Of a stretch of DNA of 41,450 bases, positions 7,971 through 16,113 are shown piece after piece. Below the pieces are notes generated by a model, which saw only the letters and a program-made list of their open reading frames with translations, ran no database searches and was not told the origin of the DNA. Both the position numbers and the translations under genes were made by a program. Location of the stretch: positions 1 through 41,450 of the IMG/VR virus record IMGVR_UViG_3300044500_000007; one strand, written 5' to 3'. This stretch comes from a virus. Taxonomy: Duplodnaviria; Caudoviricetes. The stretch's first letter is position 1; each line of letters opens with the position of its first letter.

Positions 7971-10043
7971 TTACTTCGCTTGCAGCGCCAAGAGCTGCGC
8001 AAGAGTGTTGCTGATATTGCCCGTCGCGTTCTGCACGGCATTCGCCCCGCCGATCAATCCCGCCGCCGTGGCATTCGCGCCCTGACCCGAAATGTTGCCG
8101 AGGTTTTCCGCATTCTGAAGAAGCGTGTTGCTGCCCTGGTTGGCATAGTTCGCGCCGGTCGAGGCCAGATTTCCGGCTGCGGTCTGCCCCAATCCGCCGA
8201 TGTTCGCCAGCCGATTGTAGCGGTTGGCCTGCTCCTGCTGGAACTGGTTGTAGTTGGTCTGGTAGGTCTGGAGTCCCTGATTGTAGGCGTTCTGCTGGTT
8301 CGCCTGATCCGTGTTGAAATTCGTATTGTAGGCTTGCAGCCCTTGATTGAATTGATTCGCCTGATTGGCCTGCTGTGTGTTGAAGTTGGTATTGTAGGCT
8401 GAGCTTTCGCGGTTGAACTGGTTGGCTTGATTCGCCTGCTGCGTGTTGAAGTTCGTATTGTACGCGCCGGATTCCTGAGCCAGCCGGTTCGCCTGATCCA
8501 AATTGAATTGATTCTGATTCGTGTTGAAGACCGAGTTCTCCCGGTTGAAGACGTTGTTTTGGTTCGTCTGATCGGTATTGAAGTTCGTCCCGTAGATTTG
8601 CGCCTGCTGGTTCAGTTTGTTCATCTGATCCTGCTCATACTGGCTGGCATTGGTCTGGTAGCCCTGCAACTGTTGCGCATAGGCGTCATTGTATTGCTGG
8701 GCCGCCAATCCCTGATCGTACCGCTGCAGCGATTTCAGGGCCGCTCCGCTCAATACCCCCGACTTCGCCGCCGCACTCCGCTGTATCCCCTTCTCGCCTT
8801 CCGCGAGCCGGAACTGATACCCCGGATCATTGACCAGTTGCGAGGGGTCCATGCTGAACTCTTTGCCGTAGGCTTTATACGTGTCCGGGTTGTAGGCTGC
8901 CGAATTCTGGTACGCCGTGGGGTTGAACTGCGCCCCGTTCTGATACGGAGTCGGATTGAATTCAGCAGAGGGGGTGTACGGAGTCGGATTGAATTCCGCA
9001 GACGGCGTGTAGGGTGTCGGATTGAAGGCCGCCGAGGGGTTGTAGGCTGCCGGGTTGAACGTCTGCCCATATCCTGCGGTCAGTCCCGGAAGATCACTTT
9101 GAAGCTGGCTGAGCGCATTCTTTCCAGCATCCAACCACGGCTGCTGATTGGCCTGCGCCTGGTCAAACTGCGATTTCTGGAGCGCGAGCGCATCCTTGGA
9201 CGCGCCGGACTGGAGATCCGCCGCGTACTTGGCGGAATCGGCCTGAATCTTTGCGGCATCGTTGGCCGCATTCGAGCCCTGAATGCCGGAGGCGATGGAG
9301 GCGCCAACGGAGCCGCCCGCGAGAAGGTAGGGTGCAAGCTGGCTGAGCAGGCTTTCGGTTGCTGTTCCTGCCGTACCCGCAGCAGCACTGCCTGCCGCTC
9401 CAGCAGCTCCGGCCGCCGCCCCGCCAACCGCACCGGGAATTGCCGATGCCGGAGAACTTCCCGCTGGTGCATTCGCGGTCGGCTGCGTCGCTGGATTGAA
9501 GATATTGTTCAGACTTCCCGCAAGATTGATGCCAGAGGTAATCCCGCCGATGAGGTTCTGTCCTGCCGGTTGATCCTGAATCGGATTGGAGAACTGCACG
9601 CCGGAATCGTTTCCCTGTGGGTTATTGATCGGCACGCCGAAGGTCTCCAACTGCTTCTGATATTTCGGCAGCGTGTCATTGGCCACGAAGGCTACTGAAG
9701 CATCGGACTGTTGGGCGACTTTGACGGCGTTGTCATCGCCGCTGTTTTTCATCGCAGTCGAGGCTTCCTGATACTGCTGATACAGGTCTTGAAGCGCGTA
9801 ATAGCTTTGAGCCTGCATCTCTGGAGTCAGCGTGCCGTTGTTGGTGGCCGCCGTGATGGGGTCAATGAGTTCGTGTAGCCGCTTCTCAAACGGGCCTTGC
9901 ACGGCTTCCACCCAGGCATCGGCCCAGCGTCGGCCCTGGCCGACGAGTCCACGAAGCGAGTTGACGAGGCCGACACCTGCACTGATCGCCCCGACGTAGG
10001 GGTTGGCCGCAAATCCGCCAATGGAGCCCAAAAGATTCGCCAT
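7971..10043 (-). CDS. DNA transfer/ejection protein (P22 gp7-like) with internal repeats
   Basis: AAKIQA...QQPWLDAG..AL, DPGYQFRL.EG..GIQRSAAAK.G.LSGA.LK.LQRY.QGLA core, GANATAAGLIGGANA C-terminus. Confidence 0.78.
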   Translation of the reverse strand: MANLLGSIGGFAANPYVGAISAGVGLVNSLRGLVGQGRRWADAWVEAVQGPFEKRLHELIDPITAATNNGTLTPEMQAQSYYALQDLYQQYQEASTAMKNSGDDNAVKVAQQSDASVAFVANDTLPKYQKQLETFGVPINNPQGNDSGVQFSNPIQDQPAGQNLIGGITSGINLAGSLNNIFNPATQPTANAPAGSSPASAIPGAVGGAAAGAAGAAGSAAAGTAGTATESLLSQLAPYLLAGGSVGASIASGIQGSNAANDAAKIQADSAKYAADLQSGASKDALALQKSQFDQAQANQQPWLDAGKNALSQLQSDLPGLTAGYGQTFNPAAYNPSAAFNPTPYTPSAEFNPTPYTPSAEFNPTPYQNGAQFNPTAYQNSAAYNPDTYKAYGKEFSMDPSQLVNDPGYQFRLAEGEKGIQRSAAAKSGVLSGAALKSLQRYDQGLAAQQYNDAYAQQLQGYQTNASQYEQDQMNKLNQQAQIYGTNFNTDQTNQNNVFNRENSVFNTNQNQFNLDQANRLAQESGAYNTNFNTQQANQANQFNRESSAYNTNFNTQQANQANQFNQGLQAYNTNFNTDQANQQNAYNQGLQTYQTNYNQFQQEQANRYNRLANIGGLGQTAAGNLASTGANYANQGSNTLLQNAENLGNISGQGANATAAGLIGGANAVQNATGNISNTLAQLLALQAK
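8199..8660 (-). repeat. seven 66-nt tandem coding repeats (YNTNFNTQQANQANQFNRESSA-like)
   Basis: 22-aa periodicity is visible in the translation. Confidence 0.85.
8862..9059 (-). repeat. six 33-nt tandem coding repeats (FNPTPYTPSAE-like)
   Basis: FNPAAYNPSAA/FNPTPYTPSAE/FNPTPYTPSAE/FNPTPYQNGAQ/FNPTAYQNSAA/YNPDTYKAYGK. Confidence 0.9.
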
Positions 10044-10044
10044 T

Positions 10045-10407
10045 TTATCCTCGCTTCACTCGTACTGCGAAAATGCCGGAGGCGGGATTGATCGCCCCGG
10101 CAGAGAAATTACAGAACCGCACCGTTACCTCGTCCACATTGGAGACGAAGGCCCAATAGAAGGAATTGGCCAGAATGGAAGCCAGCGGAGGCGCGACCTC
10201 AACGTAATCCCCGAGTTTGGCCCCGCGTACTGCGATGGTGAGATCCGAAGATGTGGCCGCTGCCGTGTTTGGGAAGTTCAGAGTCGCGTTCGAGTCGAGC
10301 CCCATGCGTTCGAACATTGCCGTGAAGGTTGCCCACCAGCGCCGGGACACAAATTTCCCTTCCAGGACTTCCGCGCCCCGAATATTGTGGTCGATGACTT
10401 GAGCCAT
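10045..10407 (-). CDS. small tail/virion protein (gp26 position)
   Basis: VSRRWWATF N-terminal motif plus beta-rich C-domain; lies between gp10-like and gp7-like genes. Confidence 0.55.
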   Translation of the reverse strand: MAQVIDHNIRGAEVLEGKFVSRRWWATFTAMFERMGLDSNATLNFPNTAAATSSDLTIAVRGAKLGDYVEVAPPLASILANSFYWAFVSNVDEVTVRFCNFSAGAINPASGIFAVRVKRG

Positions 10408-11916
10408 TTAGTGATCGTAAATAACGGGCTGATCGAGATAACAGGCAGTGATCGCCTTCTTGAACTTGGAGAACGTGCGTGTGCGGAAGATCCGGCCCCG
10501 GCTTTTGCCCAGACGGTTCCACCGAATGCGCTGGCGGTAGTCCCCCGAGGCGCCGACCTTACGCGGTACCTCGGGTGTGAAGGTGCGTCCCCCATCATTG
10601 GACCAGCTGAGTTGAATAGTCGGATTCGGGTCGATGGAGCTGCCTTCTCCAGCATCCATCTCCAGTTCTAGACCCGGAAACTCCACGAATTTCTTCTCAC
10701 TCGACAGATACGGCGCTCGACGCTCCGAGCAAATTCGGCCCTCGACGTTATCCGCATCGCTGCGATCGGCGGCAATGGCATCGGAGAAGGTGTCGAGTGA
10801 CATTTCATAGAGTGCCTGCATGCCTTCATGCCCCACCAGATGCTTACCGAAAGCGAAGACGTGACTGGAGATTTTCGAGCCGAGGTAGGCATCATTCGTG
10901 AAGGACCACATCGACCGTTCGTGCCAGATCCCGGTATTCATATCGTAAACATGTGCGGTATCGGTCGTATCCTCGAAGCCCTGCGTGTTGGTGAGGACCC
11001 CCGCGCGAATCAGTGTGAATCCGTAGAAGTCATGTCCGTTCTCCGCGTAGGAGAAAGAGAAGGCAGTAACGACCGCCTCCAGCTTCCGCAGTTTCTCCTC
11101 CAAGGGGTGTGTCGAGATTCGGACCGGCCCGCCACCATCTAGGCGCATGACGGTAAATCCGCGAATCGAATCCTTGGCGACAAATAGCAGCGCTCCACCG
11201 CATTCTTGGAGGCTTCCATTAATCGCGCCGATATGGAAGGTAGCTCCAGGGATCGCTTCGAAGGGGAAATCCGATGCGCCGGTATTGGAAAATTCCTGAA
11301 TGCTTTCGGAACCCGCAAGGAACAAACTGCGGTTGAGCCGCTTCATGGCGGTGATCGGGTCTGGATAGGCTTCGGCACTGGCAAAGTCGAGCGGATCCCA
11401 GGTCAGTCCGTCATATTGTGCGGATATCGCAAAGGTCTGCTGGCCGGTGACGGCGATGAAATAGCCATCCATGGACTCCAGAAAGGTCCCGCTGACATTC
11501 GCAATCGGACCGCCAACACCAAGGCCCACCAGTGCGTGATAGTAAATGTCGACGCCGTTTGCCGCGATCAGCAGTAGCGTGCCGTCCGAGGCCATACTGC
11601 CAAAGCTGCCACCACCGACGGATCCGTGATCGGTCTGGGTCCCATCGGCAAAGAATTCGACCAGATGCCCGCCGACGACGCCGAAGGCTTTATCGAATTC
11701 GTCAATGGTGGACTTGACCACAAAGAGCCCGTGAGGCCAGTCGCCATACGCGGAGAGATCCACGAACCGCGAATATCCCGGCGTGCCCAGCAGCACCCAT
11801 CCGGATTTCCCGTCTCCGCTCTCCACACGCTCCGGGAAGAGATTGATGGTGCGGGAGGCGGCGGCACTGATCGCTCGCGCTTCATACGAACCACTGAGGT
11901 ATTCTGCGAAGATCAT
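10408..11916 (-). CDS. P22 gp10-like tail hub / packaged DNA stabilization protein
   Basis: TINLFPE...LLGTPG, WDPLDFASAEAYPD, LSWSNDGGRTF, RIRWNRLG motifs. Confidence 0.88.
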   Translation of the reverse strand: MIFAEYLSGSYEARAISAAASRTINLFPERVESGDGKSGWVLLGTPGYSRFVDLSAYGDWPHGLFVVKSTIDEFDKAFGVVGGHLVEFFADGTQTDHGSVGGGSFGSMASDGTLLLIAANGVDIYYHALVGLGVGGPIANVSGTFLESMDGYFIAVTGQQTFAISAQYDGLTWDPLDFASAEAYPDPITAMKRLNRSLFLAGSESIQEFSNTGASDFPFEAIPGATFHIGAINGSLQECGGALLFVAKDSIRGFTVMRLDGGGPVRISTHPLEEKLRKLEAVVTAFSFSYAENGHDFYGFTLIRAGVLTNTQGFEDTTDTAHVYDMNTGIWHERSMWSFTNDAYLGSKISSHVFAFGKHLVGHEGMQALYEMSLDTFSDAIAADRSDADNVEGRICSERRAPYLSSEKKFVEFPGLELEMDAGEGSSIDPNPTIQLSWSNDGGRTFTPEVPRKVGASGDYRQRIRWNRLGKSRGRIFRTRTFSKFKKAITACYLDQPVIYDH

Positions 11917-12014
11917 TAGTTACCGGCCCCTAGCAGCGTCAAATAACCGCTTCCGACGACGACGCCGGAACCTGCCGAGGTCGTCCACCTCCAAAAGCAA
12001 TTCAGCCTAAACAC
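11916..12014 (-). CDS. 32-aa peptide MFRLNCFWRWTTSAGSGVVVGSGYLTLLGAGN (not in ORF track)
   Basis: Fills the gap; its TAA overlaps the gp10-like ATG (TAATG). Confidence 0.45.
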   Translation of the reverse strand: MFRLNCFWRWTTSAGSGVVVGSGYLTLLGAGN

Positions 12015-12288
12015 CGTCCATGGCCTCATGAATCAGAATGATGGCTTTGAAAATGTCGCGCTTTGGAATTTCGGGATGCGCTTTCTTAATCTTCGTGGCC
12101 ACGCGACGAAACTTGAGCCATGAATCCCCGAGCACGTCGGAGGAACCATGTACCAAGCCCGCTTCTTCGGTGCACAGTGCCGTGATTTCATCCGCGAAGG
12201 GCAGAACGCTGCCAGGGATTATAAATTCTGGGCTGTATCCGATTTTGGAAAGCACCCAGAGACAGAATCGAGCAATTAGGTTTTTCAT
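12007..12288 (-). CDS. hypothetical protein
   Basis: ATGA-coupled to the upstream gene within the late operon. Confidence 0.6.
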   Translation of the reverse strand: MKNLIARFCLWVLSKIGYSPEFIIPGSVLPFADEITALCTEEAGLVHGSSDVLGDSWLKFRRVATKIKKAHPEIPKRDIFKAIILIHEAMDGV

Positions 12289-13709
12289 GATGGATCAATC
12301 GAGGCGAGCGGGTTGCCCGCAGCGGTCGTAACGGCGGCATCCCACAGTGGTGTGGTGTCATCCACGTCATAGACCGTCAGCGTACCGCCTGCAATCTCCT
12401 GTTTGTTGCGCAGCGCAGCCAGGGCGTGTTTCACCAGACGGCCTGCCGAGGATCCTCCTGAAACATTTCGAGCGATGATGGCATCGGCGATTTCATTTGC
12501 CGCCGTGGCGGCAAGCTCGGAAGACCCGATCGCATCCGCCGCAATCGCCGTGGCGTCAATAGCTCCCGCAGCGAAGGACGCCGCCGCAATCCCACCAGCC
12601 GCGACCGAACCCACTGAGCCCGTGACGTTGCCGCCCACGTTACCCGTCACCGAACCGACCGCCCCTGTCACGGAGCCCACTGCCCCTGTCACGGAGCCCA
12701 CTGCCCCTGTCACGGAGCCGACCGAACCACTGAGATTTCCTGTGATATTGCCCGCGATGTCCATCGTCTGGTTTGGCAGGTCGATATTGGTCAGCCCCGC
12801 TCCGGCAACACCGATTCGAGCGAAGGCGTCCCCCGTCTGTGGCGTGTTGCCGGTATAGGTGGTGACTGTGTCGGTGAGCACGACTCCCTGTACTTTGTTC
12901 GTTGCAGGGTCGTACCCATCATCGGCAAAGTCTTTCAGGTCGGTTGCGGACTGAGCAACGGCGAGAATTTCATCCATCGATGATTTCATCTTGCCACCTG
13001 CGGTAAGTGCCGCCGGTAGACGCGCTTGAATATCATCCGTGTCCGCTTGTATAGCGTCCGTGTTTGCCTTGCTTGCCAATGTGGCCGTTGTCGGGAACGT
13101 GATCGTACCGCCGTTCACGACGGGATTGGTCTTGATCGTCTCCACATCCACCTTTTGGGTGGTCGCAATGGTCGTGCCGGTCAGCGCGAGAGATGTGGTC
13201 GGCGATCCGACATTGGCCCAATCCAGCCCCGCCTCGCCGGTTGCCGAAACGTCCAGCGTACGGCCCGCTGTTGTGGGCACCAGCGGTAGCGCGACGGTGG
13301 AGAGCCCATTCCAAAGCTTCACATTCACATCCGGAGTGCCTGCTGTGCCAGGAGTCAGCCAAGCGGTGCCGAGCAGCTTCTTCACATCTGCAGCAGCGGG
13401 CACCGTCGAGAATTCACCGATGACATACCCCACTGCGGAGACCGAATCGACCGTGCCCGTCGTGATGACCAGGGTATATTCTGTGTCTGCCGCATAGCCG
13501 TTGCCGCCCGAGGCCACCACACGCACGTTATGCAATCCGGTCACACTATCGAAATCGACCGTCAAGGTGATCCCCGCCGTGAGCTGGGTTGTGGAGTTTC
13601 CCGGATATGCCGAAATCACCGGAGATCCCGCGAGCGTAATGGGGGCGCCCGTCGAAGAAATCGTTGTAAATTTCAGGTCGAGCGTGTCGCCGAGTGTAAT
13701 CCGTCTCAT
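12285..13709 (-). CDS. accessory virion / fibre-like protein
   Basis: Thr/Gly/Ala-rich, Ig-like N-domain, GSVTGAV repeats, AIAADAIGSSELA repeats, LRNK...TLTVYD.DDTT C-terminus. Confidence 0.65.
   Translation of the reverse strand: MRRITLGDTLDLKFTTISSTGAPITLAGSPVISAYPGNSTTQLTAGITLTVDFDSVTGLHNVRVVASGGNGYAADTEYTLVITTGTVDSVSAVGYVIGEFSTVPAAADVKKLLGTAWLTPGTAGTPDVNVKLWNGLSTVALPLVPTTAGRTLDVSATGEAGLDWANVGSPTTSLALTGTTIATTQKVDVETIKTNPVVNGGTITFPTTATLASKANTDAIQADTDDIQARLPAALTAGGKMKSSMDEILAVAQSATDLKDFADDGYDPATNKVQGVVLTDTVTTYTGNTPQTGDAFARIGVAGAGLTNIDLPNQTMDIAGNITGNLSGSVGSVTGAVGSVTGAVGSVTGAVGSVTGNVGGNVTGSVGSVAAGGIAAASFAAGAIDATAIAADAIGSSELAATAANEIADAIIARNVSGGSSAGRLVKHALAALRNKQEIAGGTLTVYDVDDTTPLWDAAVTTAAGNPLASIDPS
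12605..12730 (-). repeat. 21-nt tandem coding repeat (GSVTGAV)
   Basis: gcccctgtcacggagccc repeated three times plus degenerate copies. Confidence 0.85.
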
Positions 13710-14566
13710 CGAACTATCATCCCGTGGGACCTCCCGGCAGCACCACTGTTTCCCCCACTGCTACTGACGCTGGCCGTGACGGTCGGAGCAAACAGGGTAA
13801 TTGTTAAATTCTTCGTGCTTGGCGTCACAAACTTGTTGTCGCTGACGGCGACGGTCGGCGCAAAGTTCGTCGTTGTCAGTGACTTTGTACCCGGAGTCAA
13901 CCCGGTATCGGTCGGCGGATGAACCGCAATGGTATAGGCACGCCATGCGGCAGAGACATCCACGTTGAATGCCCCCGCATCTTCACTGGCCGCATTGAGA
14001 CTTCGAGAGGCCGCAAGAATCAATCCGCCGAGATTGGTTCCCGCAACCCCACAGGACTTCTGCGTCGGCGGATTCGGGAGGTAATTCGTGGGCGGCGTGT
14101 TGCCCCACGTATCGTCGTCGGCCTCTTCCCCCGCCATCCCCGCGAAACTAATCCATAGGTAATCCTTTGCGCCGCCTGTGGGTGTGCAGGTGGTGGCATC
14201 GGGTCCCGTCGAGGTGCCCGTGGCCACCGTGCTCAGTTCGGGAGCCCGAACGCTGAATTTCTTATTCCCGGTAATCCGATAGGCAATGGTTGCCGATCGG
14301 GTGCTGGTGGTGTGCGTGAAGGTCACCGTCGAACCTTCCGTGCCGTCCGCGTCCCGATACCAAACGGCGATGCCGTTACCGAGATTTTCGTCTAGTAGTT
14401 CCGTCCATCCGGCGAGGGAATCGAACGTGCCCGAGGTCGAGCCTTTATCCAGCAAAATCAGGATCCCATCGCCCGACGCAATGCTTGCAGGCAGCGTGAT
14501 GACATGCGACGTTCCCGCCGTGCTGACGGCGGTCTCGGCGGTGGTTTGGATTACTGGAAATGCCAA
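13706..14566 (-). CDS. accessory virion protein, beta-rich
   Basis: HVITLPASIASGD, VWYRDADGTEG motifs typical of phage surface proteins. Confidence 0.6.
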   Translation of the reverse strand: MAFPVIQTTAETAVSTAGTSHVITLPASIASGDGILILLDKGSTSGTFDSLAGWTELLDENLGNGIAVWYRDADGTEGSTVTFTHTTSTRSATIAYRITGNKKFSVRAPELSTVATGTSTGPDATTCTPTGGAKDYLWISFAGMAGEEADDDTWGNTPPTNYLPNPPTQKSCGVAGTNLGGLILAASRSLNAASEDAGAFNVDVSAAWRAYTIAVHPPTDTGLTPGTKSLTTTNFAPTVAVSDNKFVTPSTKNLTITLFAPTVTASVSSSGGNSGAAGRSHGMIVR

Positions 14567-14576
14567 TGTTGTTAGA

Positions 14577-14999
14577 TCAGGCGACTGTCAGCACGCCGCT
14601 TGCATGAATCGTGATTGTTAATGTGTTGCCATCCGTTACCGTGACATCGGCTGGCGTGGAATCGAGAAGGAAATACGCCATGACCCGCCCGCTGACTTCA
14701 TAGAGCACACCGAATCGAGCGACAATGGAACCGCCCGAGGCCGTCCACACCGCAGGGTCGGTGGAATCAATCGTCACCGTCGTTGTGCCGGAACGCGAAA
14801 TCGTGACGGACTTTCCACCCGTTGAGTAGCCGTTGGCGGCGGCGTGCTCGTTGGTAACTCCGGCATAGGTCGTGCTCGACGCGCCAATGTTGGACGTGGA
14901 TAGAAAAAGCGCGAGCTTATACGTATCCGCATCAAGCCATTCTCCGTTAGTGAGTTTCGTTCGCCCTTCGTCCGTCAGTACCCAAGCGCCAGCTGCCAT
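14577..14999 (-). CDS. conserved small phage structural protein
   Basis: DTYKLAL, NGYSTGG, WTASGGSIVAR, LLDSTPADVTV motifs; AAGGA RBS. Confidence 0.65.
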   Translation of the reverse strand: MAAGAWVLTDEGRTKLTNGEWLDADTYKLALFLSTSNIGASSTTYAGVTNEHAAANGYSTGGKSVTISRSGTTTVTIDSTDPAVWTASGGSIVARFGVLYEVSGRVMAYFLLDSTPADVTVTDGNTLTITIHASGVLTVA

Positions 15000-15010
15000 G
15001 TTTTATTCCT

Positions 15011-16099
15011 TTATTCGATTTCTTTTTCACGAACCACGAACCCGCCGCCGATTCGGGAGCGGAAGCCAGAACCAGCACCGACCGCAACTTCCGCCCCCAT
15101 CGACCAGAATGCCGAGTTATTGATCAGCGCGTTGTACTTTGTGGTGATCCAATCCTGAGAAATAACCGTATCGGAAAGCTGCGTAACGTCCAGCACACAA
15201 CTTCTTGCTGAAAACCCGCTGTTGGGATCATGTCCAATCTCCGCAGTTCGCCCAGCCGTATTCCATGTGCCGTTCGTGGTATTGGTCGATCCAATTTGCG
15301 TACCATTGAGATACAGTTTTGTGGCCGGTGCTGCGGAATCCCAAGTCAAGTCAATGATATTCCACGCATTCTGGTTCAGCGTGTAGGCTCCGGAATTGAC
15401 AATGACACGGCCATCCGACCCGCCATTGATCCAACCGCAATAGAGCTTGTTATCGGAATATTTCAGGCCCTGGATCAGAGCTGTACCCCCGGCATCACTC
15501 GCATGCAGACCGATGGCATGAGCCACGCTATCCGTGGATGCCCATGATGGCTTCACTGCAAATGAAAAGCTGCCCGTCGTCGGAATAGCGCCGGAACCAA
15601 TCGTGATCGTGTCGGAATCATTAGCGCCAAAACTCGCCCCGCCATCCTCCAAACCCGTTCCCGCCGTGGGTCCGCTTCCACCCGCTGTTCCATTTCTCGC
15701 ATTCGACGTGGAGTCATTCAGGTTCAGAGTCGAACCGTCCGGCATGAGCAGCACTTGTTTGTACTGCGTCGGCCATACCGCATTGCTGCTGCCATCGGAC
15801 GTGAGTGCCGAATCCCCATAACCGAAATAGATGACAAGGCCATCGACGGCATTGACCAACACCCAACCAATCCAAATCCCGTTGACGCCATCATAGAATT
15901 CTTTGACGTAGGTTAACGGAGTCGCCAGTGATGCGTCGGAATAGGGCCGAATGTCATTTCCGTTGTCGGCATGCCCACCATTCGCAATGGTCTTGATGCG
16001 CGCGTCGCTGATAGACACCGGCACAATAAAACTGCTTTGCGTGCCTCCAGCGACCTGGCCGGTCTGGATTGTGAAGGGGGTTTTGTAGGTCTGCGCCAT
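15011..16099 (-). CDS. DUF2341-like plus LamG/ConA-like domain virion protein
   Basis: DIRPYSD...IYFGYG...VW N-domain; DSTSNARNGT; LTWD...KLYLNG...DWI.T.YN LamG pattern. Confidence 0.72.
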   Translation of the reverse strand: MAQTYKTPFTIQTGQVAGGTQSSFIVPVSISDARIKTIANGGHADNGNDIRPYSDASLATPLTYVKEFYDGVNGIWIGWVLVNAVDGLVIYFGYGDSALTSDGSSNAVWPTQYKQVLLMPDGSTLNLNDSTSNARNGTAGGSGPTAGTGLEDGGASFGANDSDTITIGSGAIPTTGSFSFAVKPSWASTDSVAHAIGLHASDAGGTALIQGLKYSDNKLYCGWINGGSDGRVIVNSGAYTLNQNAWNIIDLTWDSAAPATKLYLNGTQIGSTNTTNGTWNTAGRTAEIGHDPNSGFSARSCVLDVTQLSDTVISQDWITTKYNALINNSAFWSMGAEVAVGAGSGFRSRIGGGFVVREKEIE

Positions 16100-16113
16100 G
16101 GACGAACTTAGAT

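Noticed and set aside
8199-9059. Possible CRISPR array or DGR repeats
   Set aside because: Repeats are in-frame coding multiples of 3 with no unique spacers; no cas or reverse transcriptase gene is present.
6934-9698. Long + strand ORFs (383 aa, 423 aa)
   Set aside because: Antisense shadows of repetitive Gln/Asn-rich ejection genes; no motifs or RBS, unlike the antisense HNH.
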